Assembly: GCA_038087875.1 (NCBI GenBank)
Contig: JAXLNO010004401.1
Span: 3,493 to 64,000, forward strand
Direction of reading: 5' to 3'
From: Malacoraja senta
Lineage: Eukaryota
DNA: 60,508 bases
Part shown: in pieces, positions 10,199-23,135 of the stretch
Numbering within the stretch: the stretch's first letter is position 1
How the letters are laid out: each line of letters starts with the position of its first letter
Notes under the pieces: generated by a model
What the model was told of the DNA's origin: nothing
Databases searched by the model: none
Seen by the model: only the letters and a program-made list of their open reading frames with translations
Program-made: the position numbers and the translations under genes

Positions 10199-11305
10199 AC
10201 ACACCCGAACTGCACCAGACCACAGATTTTCCCCATCTTTTCATTTGATTAAATTTCAAAATTCTAATGAGCATCTTAAGAATGTTTAGACGCAGATCTC
10301 TGCAAAAGCAAGTCATCTGTGAGCAACTTGTAAACTGAACATGAGCCATCCTGTTTTTCCTGTCTTTCCCCTCCATCAGCCAGCTGCTGTCTCGTGTTGA
10401 ATCCACAAAGGCTTGATTCATCCTTATGATTACTCTTGTACTTTGCACCACCACTTCCCGCCCATCGCCCCAACCCCCGGCCCAATGATACAGTCAGGGA
10501 CTGGCAATGGCAGAATTCTGCCCACCCTCCAGAGCAAGTCATCCCACACCACGGACTTCTTCCCATTACACACCAACAGCACAGTGCCCACCCTCCTGCC
10601 TCCGGTCCCAAAACATGCGGGGAAAGGTTTAGTTGCCGGGGCAGAGCCCGATTGATAAAGCAATCACTCCCTAGGCCCAAGATAGACAAAAAAAGCTGGA
10701 GTAACTCAGCGGGTCAGACAACATCTCTGGAAACAGGATTGAGGTCGAGACCCTTCTTCAGACTGAGACAGGGGAAAGGGCTCCAATTTACAGTTAAATG
10801 CAAGTTAATCTTTGCATCATTACTACATCTCTAGTGGACACCGGAACTGCACCAGACCACAGATTTTACCCCATTTCTTTACCCACTTTGATCACATTTC
10901 CAATTTCTATTCAGTACCTGAAAAATGTTTAGACGTGTGACTGAGTAGGCAAGAAGCATCTCAGAGCAACTTGTAAACTGAACACTGGCCATCCTGTTAA
11001 ACGATTATATTCACAAAACTTTCCTCACCTGGCCTTGTGATTCCCTTCCATCAGCCAGTTGCTGTCTTTCCGTCTCGGATGTAAACCTGGCTTGTGATGA
11101 ATCCACAAAAACTGCCTTTATCATCACCTCTTCCACTTGCACCGCCCACCCCTCGCCCATCACCCCAACTCCACCCATCCTCCAGAGACAGTCTCCCACC
11201 CCACTGACTTCTTCCCAATACACAGCCGGCCCCTCGTCTCTGGCCCAAAACATTTGAACAAGAATGTTGTTGGTCTCCAGATTGACAAAACAATCACTAG
11301 GCCCA
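10199..11305. repeat. Diverged direct duplication of unrecognised sequence (10199-10679 and 10839-11305)
   Basis: Shared blocks in the same order: GAACTGCACCAGACCACAGATTTT, GAGCAACTTGTAAACTGAAC, CCATCAGCCAG, GAATCCACAAA, GACTTCTTCCCA, CAATCACT..TAGGCCCA. Confidence 0.85.
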
Positions 11306-12451
11306 CTCATGTCAAGGTGTTAAATTGAACCGTGCCCAGCCAGAGTCCTGCGTTAGTGGCAGGCACGTGCCATGAGTAATTACTCAAGGTAGGCAGTCAG
11401 TCAGATTAAAAAAAATTAAACCTTGCATGCGCAGATTGTTCTCTCCGTAAAAATAAAAATAAAAATAAAGACAGTAACAATTCAGTTTGCCCAAGGCTTC
11501 CAAGTTTCTTTATTCTGAATTACTGAATGGGTGCGGGGTGAAGGGTGATGGCAGGTGGAGATATGGTGTGAAAAACGGGAGTACAGGGAAAGGTTGAATC
11601 AGTTGTCATCTAATTGAATGACAACACTTGTTCAAGGGACCAATTGGGGGGAGAGTTCCTTTCACAGCATGTGGAGAGTCTGTGCCAGGGGTAAAGTTGC
11701 GGGGAGTGTAGGAGTGTTGAGAAGGAGGGGGTCGGGGATAATGCCAGTAACTCACTCACTCACTCACCGCTGCTGGGCTCCGGGCGCCACCGCATTGTAG
11801 CCGGGGATAGAAGCAGCTCGGGGAGCTGCGAGCGGCCACCGGGAGCCAACGGCAGAACAGGCCGCAACTTCAGCACCTTCTGCTGGCCCGCTCACCTTTG
11901 GCAGTCTGAACACCTCGCACCTGCCACTCGCTCATGTCAGCAGCTTCCTGCAAATCCTTGAATTGCCACAGCCGAGTAACCTCAACCTCAACCTGACATA
12001 AGTGAGGCCAGCGAGCGGCAGGTGAGAGGTTTTTAGACGGAGAGCTGCCAGAGGTGAGCGAAGGCCGGCAGAAGCAGCTAAGGTAGCGGCCGGTTCCGCT
12101 GTCCAGCCCGGTAGCCGCTCACAGCCACCCGAGCTACATCTCCGCCCGGCCTCAATGCGGTGGGATTGCACGCCTCGTGCAAGGAGCGTCGCAAGTGGCA
12201 TGATCCCGACCACTCCTTCACAACATTCGTGCCCTCCCCGCAACTTTACCCTGGGCCAGAATCTCCAAACGCTGTGAAAGAAGCTCTCCCCCCCCCCACC
12301 CTCACACCCTGGGAAATACGGTATTTATAAACATAAACACACAATGTACTTACCACATTATCAGTACACAAACTCCATTCTTCTCTCTTTGTTTCCTAAG
12401 ATACACTTAAAATATTGACAAACCATATTTGAAAACCCCGCCAAGAAACTA

Positions 12452-13775
12452 GCGCTGCGCATGCTTGACTAATCTTCTTGAATTTTTCGAAGAGGTTACT
12501 AGGGAAATTGATGAGGGTAAAGCAGTGGATGTTGTCTATATGGACTTCAGTAAGGCCTTTGACAAGGTTCCTCATGGAAGGTTGTTTAAGAAGATTCAAT
12601 TGTTGGGTATTAATGGTGGAGTAGCAAGATGGATTCAACAGTGGCTGAATGGGAGATGCCAGAGAGTAATGGTGGATGGCTGTTTGTCAGGTTGGAGGCA
12701 GATGACTAGTGGGGTGCCTCAGGGGTCTGTGTTGGGTCCACTGTTGTTTGTCATGTACATCAATGATCTGGATGATGGTGTGGAAAATTGGATTAGTAAG
12801 TATGCAGATGATACTAAGATAGGTGGTGTTGTGGATAATGAAGTACATTTTCAAAGTCTACAGAGAGATTTAGGCCATTTGGAAGAGTGGGCTGAAAGAT
12901 GGCAGATGGAGTTTAATGCTGACAAATGTGAGGTGCTACATCTCGGCAGGACAAATCAAAATAGGACGTACATGGTAAATGGTAGAGAATTGAGGAATGC
13001 ATTTGAACAGAGGGATCTAGGAATAACAGTGCATAGTTCTCTGAAGGTGGAATCTCATGTAGATAGGGTGGTAAAGAACGCTTTTGGTGTGCTGGCCTTT
13101 ATAAATCAGAGCATTGAATATAGAAGTTGGGATGTAATGTTAAAATTGTACAAGGCATTGGTGAGGCCAATTCTGGAGTATGGAGTACAATTTTGGTCGC
13201 CTAATTATAGGAAGGATGTCAACAAAATAGAGAGAGTACAGAGGAGATTTACTAGAATGTTGCCTGGGTTTCAGAAACTAAGTTACAGAGAAAGGTTGAA
13301 CAAGTTAGGTCTTTATTCTTTGGAGCGCAGAAGGTTAAGAGGTGACTTGATAGAGGTCTTTAAAATTATGAGCGGGTTAGACAGAGTGGACGTGGATAAG
13401 CTTTTCCCATTGAGAGTAGGGAAGATTCAAACAAGTGGACATGACTTGAGAATTAAGGGACAGAAGTTTAGGGGGAACATTAGGGGGAACTTCTTTACTC
13501 AGAGAGTGGTAGCTGTGTGGAATGAGCTTCCAGTGGAAGTGGTGGAGGCAGGTTCGATGTTATCCTTTAAAAATAGATTGGATGGGTATATGGACGGGAA
13601 AGGAATGGTGGGTTATGGTCTGAGTGCAGGTAGATGGGACTAGGGGGAAGTATTTATTTATATATTAAAAAAATCAAAATAAAATAAAAATAATAATAAA
13701 AATGTTCGGCACGGACTTGAAGGGCCGAGATGGACTGTTTCCGTGCTGTTATGGTTATATGGGTATAAGGTTATG
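12452..13775 (+). mobile_element. 5'-truncated CR1 (RT C-terminal half, open 392-aa frame) nested in the hAT element
   Basis: FSKAFDKV, GVPQGSVLGP, YADD and YRERLNKLGLYSLERRRLRGD; CR1 3'UTR with GTTATATG-type tail. Confidence 0.93.
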
Positions 13776-13920
13776 TGCAGTAGGCTGCAGCTGCCCAGTG
13801 CTGCAAGGGCAGAATTTCTGCTACCTTCAGCTCCCTTGAAATTGACGGCTTGAAGCAGCGCTGAAGGCACGTGGGCTGCACAGACCTTCAAGGGTTACAA
13901 GCGCTGCGGACGAAAGGCAC

Positions 13921-13972
13921 GGAGAATTATGCCTACCTAAGAGATCGATCCCTTAGATAGGCATAATTCTCC
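13921..13972. repeat. 52-bp near-perfect palindrome centred on GATCGATC
   Basis: GGAGAATTATGCCTA-C-CTAAG-A-GATC / GATC-C-CTTAG-A-TAGGCATAATTCTCC; 2 mismatches in 26-bp arms. Confidence 0.95.
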
Positions 13973-14429
13973 CATGCCTTTACTATTTATATTTAGTTAT
14001 TATCATTTTATAATTTTAGTCAGGGTAGGCAGTGCCTCCGTTACCTACATTGACGGCACATGCCTGGTTAGTGGTTATGTTTACAGAATACAAATTGTGG
14101 TTCACCTGCAATTTACTTTCTCTTCAGATTTCCCGCCAACATTGTCCCTATAGATGTGTGTCATTCACAGTGCCAGCAATTGTCATTTTGAATAATTTGC
14201 TGAAGATTGTTTTAATCTTTTGTCGGACCTGGAATCGCAGTTGCATCTTTGGGTCCAAATCCTAGCGGCAACTCATCTTTTCCCTTTAAAATGTACATGG
14301 TTGAAATTAATAATTAAACCATTCACTGCACCACCCTCCCAACGCACACACAAACCAAATATTTAACACTAATTTGTATTGGTCATAGATGGTTGCCTGA
14401 ATCTTTGTTCAGCAAAAATGTATCCATCA

Positions 14430-15110
14430 TTAACTGCCAATCTGAGCGGCGGACAGGTCTGCGAGTCAACAAGTGGCGCTGAAACAAAGAGACAGACATC
14501 AGGCAGAGACGTGGTTGTCGGGGACTCCATCGTGAGAGGTACAGACAGGGGTTCCTGCAGCATCAGGCGAGATTCAAAGATGGTGTGTTGCCTCCCTGGT
14601 GCCAGGATCCAGGACGTCATGGACCAATTACAGGGCATCCTCAAGGGTGAAGGTGAACAGCCGGAAGTGGTAGGACATGTCGGCACAAATGATGTCGGGA
14701 AGAAGAGGAAAGAGGTTCTGCAGCGTGACTTTAGAGAGCTCGGAAGAAGGCTGAAAAGCAGGACCTCCAGGGTGGTTATCTCCGGTTTGCTTCCAGTTCC
14801 TCGTGCTGGAGAGGGCAGGAACAGCGAGACAGGGGATATGAAGGTGTGGCTAAGGAGCTGGTGCAGGGGGCAGGGACTTGGATTCTTAGACCATGGGAGC
14901 TGTTTTGGGGTAAGGGTGAATTGTACAAAAGGGATGGGTTACACTTTAACTGGCGGGGGACCGGCATTGTGGCAGGCAGGTTTGCAACTGCTACACGGGG
15001 GGGGGGGGGGGTTTAAAGTAAATAGTGGGGGGGAGACAAATTGGAAATACAAGGATGGAGTTAAAGGGAAAGAGAATATAGGAAAGGTTAAGAAAAACAC
15101 CAGAATTATG
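14430..15110 (+). mobile_element. Degenerate CR1 ORF1 esterase region and ORF1/ORF2 junction (second CR1 family)
   Basis: VVGDSIVRG, CCLPGARIQDV and HVGTNDV; frameshifted; ends at an (ATT)n tract. Confidence 0.85.
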
Positions 15111-15206
15111 ATTATTATTATTATTATTAATTAATTATTTATTTTTCATTAATATTTTAGTTAGAAGCAATGCACAGTAGTATACAGTAATATAATAATA
15201 GAGAAG

Positions 15207-15485
15207 TGTTGAAATATATGAAAAATATGCTCTCAATTGTAAAGAAGTTAATCTTAATGTTTGTATTGTTACTCAGACAAACTTGATGCAGGTAGTGAAT
15301 AACTGACAATGATAACAGCCAATGAGAGGCGCTGTTATTAATGTGTGCGCATGTGTGTCAATAACGTTCTCTCTTCCAGTTTGAACAAGATGGATGCCCC
15401 ACTGTGTTTTTTACTCCTCTGAATTATCTTCGGTCTAGCACTGGGTAGGCTGCAAGAATCGCTGCACAATTCACCTCTGCCAACA
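15207..15485 (+). repeat. Copia 5' LTR
   Basis: TGTTG...CAACA; 10 substitutions versus the 3' LTR by manual comparison; followed by GGTTATGGGCCCAG (copia-type PBS, 15486-15499). Confidence 0.95.
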
Positions 15486-18400
15486 GGTTATGGGCCCAGC
15501 TTTACCCAGCTTTACCTAGAGTTACCCAAAGGTACCCAGAGAGAGTTATCCAGGGATTTACCACAGAGAAAAATGTCGCGACGTACCGCGTGTCCGGTGA
15601 GTGTTAACTTGCTAAGCTAGTACCATGAGTAGACGGAGCGCCCAGACGAGTAGCCGCTGGTCTCGGCTAGTTTTGACGGAGATGAAAAGAACTATGAGCT
15701 GTGGGAGACGAAATTCTTGGGCCATCTTCGGTTGCAAGGGCTAAAGGATACCATCTTGGGAGAGCCTACCGACAATGAAGAAGAAGACGAGGCCAAAAAT
15801 GCAGAGGCATATGCTGAGCTAATCCAGTTTCTGGATGACAAGAGTTTGTCGCTGGTAATGCGAGAAGCAGCGGACGATGGGCGGAAAGCGCTAACTATTT
15901 TGAGAGATTATTATGCGAGTAAGGGAAAGCCACGTATAATAAGCCTGTATAGAGAACTGACTTCACTTCAAAAGTTGAGCAGCGAGAGTGTAACTGAATA
16001 TGTTATACGGGCAGAGACAGCCATCACAGCATTGAGAAACGCTGGTGAGGTGTTGAGTGATGGACTGTTAATTGCAATGATTCAGAAGGGACTGCCTGAA
16101 TCTTTCAAACCATTTGCTATCCATGTCACGCAAAGTGAGCAGGCAATGCCTTTTGCCGAATTTAAAACTAAACTACGAAGCTACGAAGACACGGAAAAGT
16201 AGCGTTCAGCAGCATCCGACGACAATGTCATGAAGGCACGTGTGCAACCGAGTGTGAGACCCGCCACGACAAGTACAAGTGCGGAGAGAGCGGACATTGT
16301 GTGCTTCAGGTGTGGCCTAAAAGGACATAAAGCCAGAACATGTCAACGCAAGCAGTGGTGTAGTCACTGTAAAAGCACCACATATCGGGACGCAACCTGC
16401 AGACGGAAACAGCGGCGGGACGACGCACGACAAGTTTCCGGGGAGACTAACAACAAGGAATATGCATTCCTGGTGAGTGAAAGGGACGCGGTGATTCAGT
16501 CAGAGCGTGGAGTTGAGTTGAAAGGGCTGATGGTCGATACGGGGGCAACTTCGCATATCATCACTGATATAGCAAGGTTCAAGAAGTTCGATGATATGTT
16601 CCAGTCCGAGACACACTGCGTGGAGTTGGCTGACGGCACAAGGTGTGATGGAGTCGCGGAGCGCAGAGGAGACGCGGAGGTTAGCTTGGTTGACAGCCAA
16701 GGGCGCCGCCACAACACAACACTGAGACAGGTGTTGTACATCCCCTCATACCCGCAGGACATCTTCTCTGTAAAAGCAGCTACTTCCAGCGGAGCAACCG
16801 TAATCTTCAGGGACGGGGAAGACGTCCTACAACACAAGGACGGTACAAAATTCCACATTCATGAGTACAACAGACTGTACTAGTTGCACACGGTAAACGT
16901 TGAATGTGATGACAAATGTAAGAGCAGTTATGATATGCAGACATGGCATGAGATTCTAGGGCACTGTAATTATGAAAATATTCAAAAATTACAGAATGTT
17001 GTTGAAGGTATGGCAATTAAGGGCAAAACAGACAAGCCTGCTCTACACTGTGAAGTGTGTATTCAGGGAAAGTTTATCCAAACTAGGAACAGGGACCCTG
17101 ATGTAAGAGCCAAAGCAGTTTTGAAGTTGGTACACACATATTTAGCAGGACCGATAGACCCAGAGTCCAGAGATGGGTACAGGTTTGCGCTATCATTCAC
17201 TGATGATTATTCCAGTGCAATGTTTGTGTACTTTCTAAAGAATAAGAGTGACACAGTGCAAGCCACCTAGAAGTTTCTTGCTGACACAGCCCCATACGGG
17301 AAGATTAAATGTATGCGGTCTGACAATGGTACTGAATTCATGGGAAAGAATTACCAGGCACCACTCAGCAGAAATTACATTAGACATGAGTCCTCAGCGC
17401 CATACTCACCACATCAGAATGGTACTGCTGAGTGAAATTGGCGCACCCTGTTTGACATGGCCAGGTGTATGCTAATAGAGAGTGAGTTACCTAAACAGTT
17501 TTGGACCTATGCAGTGCAGACAGCAGCTGTAGTGAGGAACAGATGCTTTAACAAGCGCGCAAAGCAGACGCCTTAATTGATGCTGACAAGAAAACGGCCC
17601 AACCTGTCTAGGATGCAAAAGTTTGGGTCAGAGTGTTATGCCTATAAACAGGACAAGAGAAAACTGGACTCAAGGTGTGGGAAGGGAATCTTTGTCCGGT
17701 ACGACAAGAATAGCCCAGCTTACATGATTTACTATCCTGACAATGGGAAAGTAAGGAAGCACAGACTGGTGAAGTTTGTGACCAAAACAATTGTAGAGCG
17801 GCAGACACAGACTGACATGACCCCCGGTGACGATGAGTTTGAGGTGCAGAATAAGGCCAGTAGGATGAGAAAAAATACTGATGAGAGTCCAAGACATACT
17901 CAGAGCCAAGATCAAGTAACTAGGCCTGAGGTGAATAGCCAAGCACAGACAGGTGAAACCAAGCATGAGCCTGCACGTTACCCTGCTAGATTGAGGAAGA
18001 AACCAGCTTACTGAAGTGAATATGTAACTGGCAAGGCGAGTGATGATCATGTAATGATTAACATAGATTATTGCTACAGATTGATGTGTAACACCCCCCT
18101 AACACTCAGGGAAGCTGTAACCTCAACTAACTCAAAGGAATGGGTTAACGCAATGCACGAGGAAATGCAGTCGCTGAGAGAAAATGACACATTTACCCTA
18201 ACCAACTTGCCTGAGGGTAAGAAAGCAGTGGGGGGTAGTTGGGTATATACAATCAAGAACAATGAGGATGGATCTGATAAATACAAGGCACGGTATGTAG
18301 CCAAAGGATACAGTCAAAAATTGGGTGTAGACTATGAGGAGACATTTTCTCCTACTGCTAACCTGACCAGTATCAGAGTGATGATGCAAAAATGATGACT

Positions 18401-19165
18401 GATGTCAGAAAATACAGAGAGGTAGTAGGTAGCCTAATCTATTTGACTACTTGCACAAGACCCGATCTCAGTTTTGTAGTAAGTAAACTGTCACAGTACT
18501 TTACTGAGCCGACGGAAGAGCAATGGGCTACTGTAAAACATGTACTGAGATATCCGAGAGGCCCAATTGAGAAAGAGTTGTGTTACAAGAAATGTGACGA
18601 CGAGAAACTGGCGTTACAAGCGTACAGTGATGCAGATTGGGCGGCTGATGTAACCGACAGACGTAGTACAACCGGTTATTGTGTAAGCCTAAACAAAAAT
18701 GGTCCTTTGATTTCATTGAAAACCAAAAAGCAGCCCACCGTTGCACTGTCAACTTGTGAGGCTGAGTATATGGCGTTAGCCGCAACACTACAAGAGTGTA
18801 TGTACCTAGTACAAATACTAGAAGGTATTGATGGACATCAGTACCCAACACCCAAGGTTTAAGAGGATAACCAGGGTACAATTGCGTTAGCAAAGAATCC
18901 TGTATGTAGACAGAGGTGTAAGCATGTGGACATAAAATATCACTTTGTGAGGTCCACTGTGTATCATGGCAAAATAAGTTTGGAGTATTGCCCAACAGAC
19001 CAGATGGTAGCAGATGTGATGACAAAACCTGCAACAAAATTTAAGTTGATGGAGTTTGCAAAGTTTATGTTTGGAGAGTAACCATGTATGTAAAAGTCTA
19101 CATGATGTAAGGTAGAAAACCTTAGCATGTTTTATTTTGAGTTAAGATAACAATGCGAGAGCAAG

Positions 19166-19444
19166 TGTTGACATATATCAAAAATATGCTCTCAATTGTA
19201 AAGAAGTTAATCTTAATGTTTGTATTGTTACTCAGACAAACTTGATGCAGGTAGTGAATAACTGACAATGATAACAGCCAATGAGAGGTGCTGTTATTGA
19301 TGTGTGCGCATGTGTGTCAATAAAGTTTTCTCTTCCAGTTTGTACAAGATGGATGCCCCACTGTGTTTTTTACTCCTCTAAATTATCTTCGGTCTAGCAC
19401 TGGGTAGGCTGCAAGAATTGCTGCACAATTCACCTCTGGCAACA
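19166..19444 (+). repeat. Copia 3' LTR
   Basis: TGTTG...CAACA, preceded by purine-rich GCGAGAGCAAG (19155-19165). Confidence 0.95.
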
Positions 19445-19689
19445 ACTTCCAATGATTTTGTCTTCACAAATCTCTGGGGTCAAGAGCGCCAGAGAATGAC
19501 CACACTCTGCAAAAAGAGATATTGTAAACAAATGACTGGTCTCTTTTATCTCTTATTGAAGAGGAGTGAAAATACTGCCAATTTTAAGCTCGTCCTCTCC
19601 CCAATTGACCCTCATTTCGTAACTTGTCAATTATTTATTATTGACAATAATATGCCCTAGTGAAAAGATTTGCCGTTGCTATTAGTTTA

Positions 19690-20035
19690 TAATTGTCACG
19701 TGAACTGAGATATAGTCAAAAGTTTGTCTGTGTGTTATCCAATCAGATCATACTACACATGTGCAATCAAGCCATCCACAAGTAGAACAGTGCAAAAAGA
19801 AAACTACTCACAGTGCAGAATATCGGGTTACAATATCATAGCATTACAGTTACAGCGAAAGTGCAGATCAAAAAGAGTTGCAAAGTTCACAATGAGATTG
19901 GTTGGAAGATCAGGACAACATCTTATCGTACATGAGAATCATTCGGTAGTCAAATAACAGTGGGGAAGAAACTGTTCCTGAATTTAATGGTACGTACTTT
20001 CAAACTTTGTTGTGTACTGTCTTAACAGGGAGCGT
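19690..20035 (-). mobile_element. Old LINE 3' fragment (Rex1/Babar- or L2-like)
   Basis: GGGGAAGAAACTGTTCCTGAATTTAATGGTACGTACTTTCAA resembles the antisense of Rex1-type ORF ends; heavily decayed. Confidence 0.45.
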
Positions 20036-20193
20036 ACGATCCCTTTTAAGCCACGTGGTTGGTTGATGGGACGAAAGAGACAAAGCGGGGTAGATGTAGA
20101 CAGTAACTTGGTTGTTGTAGACTGAAGAATATTTTGTGGTGGGTGACTGCAAGTTTTACTGAAGGTGAAAATAACCATCTTACTGTCTTGTAG

Positions 20194-20460
20194 TTTCCCC
20201 TGAGGTATCTGTCGCTGCCCGCCCTGATGATCATTCAGTCCTGTACTGCACTGTGTTTGGATTTTACCCACCGGCCATCAATGTCAGCTGGTTGCAGAAT
20301 GGTCAACATGTCTCTGAGACCAAATCTTCTGGGGTCATACCCAACAACGATGGAACATATCATCTAAAGTCTGTCCTTGAGTATGGTCCGTATGATGGGA
20401 AACAGTATTCCTGTTATGTCGATCACAGCAGCCTGCCCGGTGGGAAGACCATCATCTGGG
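20194..20460 (+). CDS. MHC class I-like heavy chain alpha3 (Ig C1-set) exon
   Basis: Acceptor TCTTGTAG and donor GTAAG; 267 nt, phase 1-1. Translation SPEVSVAARPDDHSVLYCTVFGFYPPAINVSWLQNGQHVSETKSSGVIPNNDGTYHLKSVLEYGPYDGKQYSCYVDHSSLPGGKTIIW has C..GFYP, W, PNxDGTY and YxCxVxHSSL. Confidence 0.88.
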
Positions 20461-20799
20461 GTAAGAACATTAAATATTATTTCATAGATAATCATTATCT
20501 TCTGTTGTTTCCATTTTAATCATTGTGACTACATCCCATATTCCAAGATGCTTAAACTTTCTTTGTTTAGTGGTGTTGCTCTAAGCAATCACATAATCAG
20601 CACCCACTCTCCACATGAGCAGAAGAGTTTATCAACAGAACATTTATCAAAAGTAAATAAATAACTAATATACAAGGAAGGAGCATTTGAGATTCTCAGT
20701 GGTGGAACTGAAATCGATGAAAGGTATGTTTAAATAAAAAACGAATCTTTCCTCATGATGTGATTAACAGCAAGGCACTGGGGGAGCACATGCCCCAAT

Positions 20800-21495
20800 C
20801 CAAATCAATGGTCCGAAGCGGAAATGATTGAGAGCTTCATGTTCCTTGGCATGAATTTATCCAATATTCGGTCATGGACTGGCCACATAGCCAAGGAGGC
20901 ACACCAACACCTCTACTTCCTCAGGAGACTGAGAATATTCATCATGTCTCTGGTGACTCTAGCAAACATCTATAGCTGCTGCTAGAGAAAGCATGTTGTT
21001 GGGTTGCATCACATCTTGATTTGGGAACTGCACTGCCCAAGACTGCAAGAATATACAAAGAGTTAAAGATCATCCCACAGGCCAGACTTCCCACTATTGA
21101 TTCAGTCTACACCAGGTTGCCTTGGAAAACGAGATTTATCCCACCCCGGTCATTCTTCCTTCCTGCTCCCATCAGGCAATAGGTGCAGAAAGTTGAAAGT
21201 ATACACTGCCAGACTCAGGAACACCCCCTTTCCATCTGTTAACAGGCTTCGGAAGGGTCCTTCCATAATGTAGGTTCAATGCCCGATTCACCTCAACCTC
21301 ATTGCAAATTATGTATGGAACTGATGCGTTACAATGCTGAGAACAATATTCTGTACTCTGTATCCTCCTCTTTGCTCTATCTATTGTTTTTGAGTTTGTA
21401 TTTATGTATAGTTTTATAATTTGTTTGGATAGCATACAAAACAAACCTTTGCTCTGTATTTTGAAACATCTGGCATTAATAAAACAAAACCTAAT
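20800..21495 (+). mobile_element. Rex1/Babar-like LINE 3' fragment (decayed)
   Basis: Remnant ESFMFLG...AHQHLYFLRRLR...GCIT..GNC; ends near ATTAATAAAAC. Confidence 0.7.
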
Positions 21496-22344
21496 GAAGT
21501 AAGTTCCCTGATGCAAGTTACAGCTTCAGCAACGAAAAATATAGCTGCCTGACAAACAGCGATCGTACTAGTTTGATTCCAAGTATGCTGCACTAACCTA
21601 CACAAATGCTCACTTTTGAAGATTCCCTCGAACAATGCACAACTAAGGAATCTGATATTACACTCTGAATACTGTTGACATACTCCAGAACTTAATTGCC
21701 AACCTATATATGTATCATCAGCAATCTAGGCTACAGCGCCATCAGTCCCTTCATCTGCTCTTAATACCAACGATAAGTAGTTCACTTTCTTGCATTGATT
21801 CCCAACCTGCAGTTGCAGTTTCCCAACCTGAACACTCCTTTAAGACAACTCTCTGCTTGCTCTTAATTGTTTTTTCCATTCATGCTAATTATTACCCCCA
21901 ATGTCATAAGCCTTTACATCACTTGATTGATATCTTATGAAGATCCAGATATTGTGGCGACATCTGGTGGTCAGACCACTTATTGCTAGAACCCTCGTCA
22001 GGGGAGCTGGGACTATCACATGACAGGGTTTTGGTGTGAGTTGGTGATGAATCGCCAGTCAACTGGTGTGCCCGATTACAACGGCAGGAACTTTGTTCAA
22101 GTCCTTACTAAACGCGAGTGGGCCAAAACTGTATTTCTTTTAAAAAACATTGATTTGTTCACGACGTTTGGATCTCTACAATATATTGTATTTCTTTTGT
22201 TTCTCATTCCAATTTTGTTACCTATTCTGCTTTTCCATCATTTTGTTTTTGAATTTTAGACTGTGCACACCTGCTGCTCGAATATACATTGTCTACGGGT
22301 TCCTGTTGCATTTTCAAAGAATTTTAATCAATTTCTCAAACAAA

Positions 22345-22552
22345 GTTTGAAGAAGGGTCCCAAAACGAAACGTCACCTGTCCATGTGTAAGAAGAAACTG
22401 CAAATGCTGGTTTACACCGAAGATTGACACAAATCGCTGGAATAACTCAGCTGGTCAGCCAGCATCTCTGGAGAAAAGGAATAGGTGCTGAATCCATGTT
22501 CGCCAGAGATGCTGCCTGTTCCGCTGAGTTACTCCAGCATTTTGTGTCTATT
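22345..22552. repeat. Penelope-terminal-type repeats including a degenerate foldback
   Basis: TTGAAGAAGGGTCCCAAAACGAAACGTCACC, then inverted arms ACACAAATCGCTGGAATAACTCAGC...CAGCATCTCTGG / CCAGAGATGCTGCC...GCTGAGTTACTCCAGCATTTTGTGT. Confidence 0.75.
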
Positions 22553-23135
22553 ATGTATATTCTTTCCACTGACTGGTTAGCGCGTAACAAAAGCTTTTCA
22601 CTGTACCTCAATACATGTGACAATAAACTAAACTAAAGCTTTTGTGTAAATAAGTATCTGCATCTCTTTCTTTCTACAATTTTCCTGTTAACGCCCTGAT
22701 AATGCACTTTATTGTTTTGTTATTACTTAAATGTTCAGCCATTATTGAAAGGAATCCAGCATTTTCCCCAAAACAAATGTTAGTTTATATAGGGTTAAAG
22801 CTTTCTGCTTCCAATTCACCTTCTTTCTTGAATTAAGTTGTGGCTGTGATGGTGCCATAGATCATAGAGTTGTACAGAACATATATTGTCCCTTTGCCAT
22901 GCTGCAGAACTCCGTGATTCAAAACACCATATCATCTTATATACCTTGAAAAGCGCCAAAGATAGACACAAAATGCTGGAGTAACTCAGCGGTCAGGTAA
23001 CATCTCTGGAGAAAAGGAATAGGTGGCATTTCTGATCGAGACCCTTCTTCACTCTGAAGTCTTCAGACAGTGCCCATCTATTTAGCTGCACAGCTTAACA
23101 ATTGATTTGTAAAATTATGCATTCTTATTTTTCAG

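Larger units (their letters stand above)
11360..14066. mobile_element. Non-autonomous hAT element, 2.7 kb, with 8-bp TSD
   Basis: TIRs CAGGCACGTGCC and GGCACATGCCTG; TSD GTTAGTGG at 11352-11359 and 14067-14074. Confidence 0.9.
15207..19444 (+). mobile_element. Ty1/copia LTR retrotransposon, decayed, with RT core deleted
   Basis: 279-bp TG..CA LTRs; gag ELWETKF and CCHC knuckle CFRCGLKGHKARTC; protease VDTGATSH; integrase TDDYS/SDNGTEF; RT YKARYVAKG; RNase H YSDADWA/EAEYMA; PR-IN-RT-RH order; many stops. Confidence 0.95.

Noticed and set aside
14032-14265. 77-aa ORF with acceptor-like sites upstream of the alpha3 exon
   Set aside because: No MHC alpha1/alpha2 signature in any frame.
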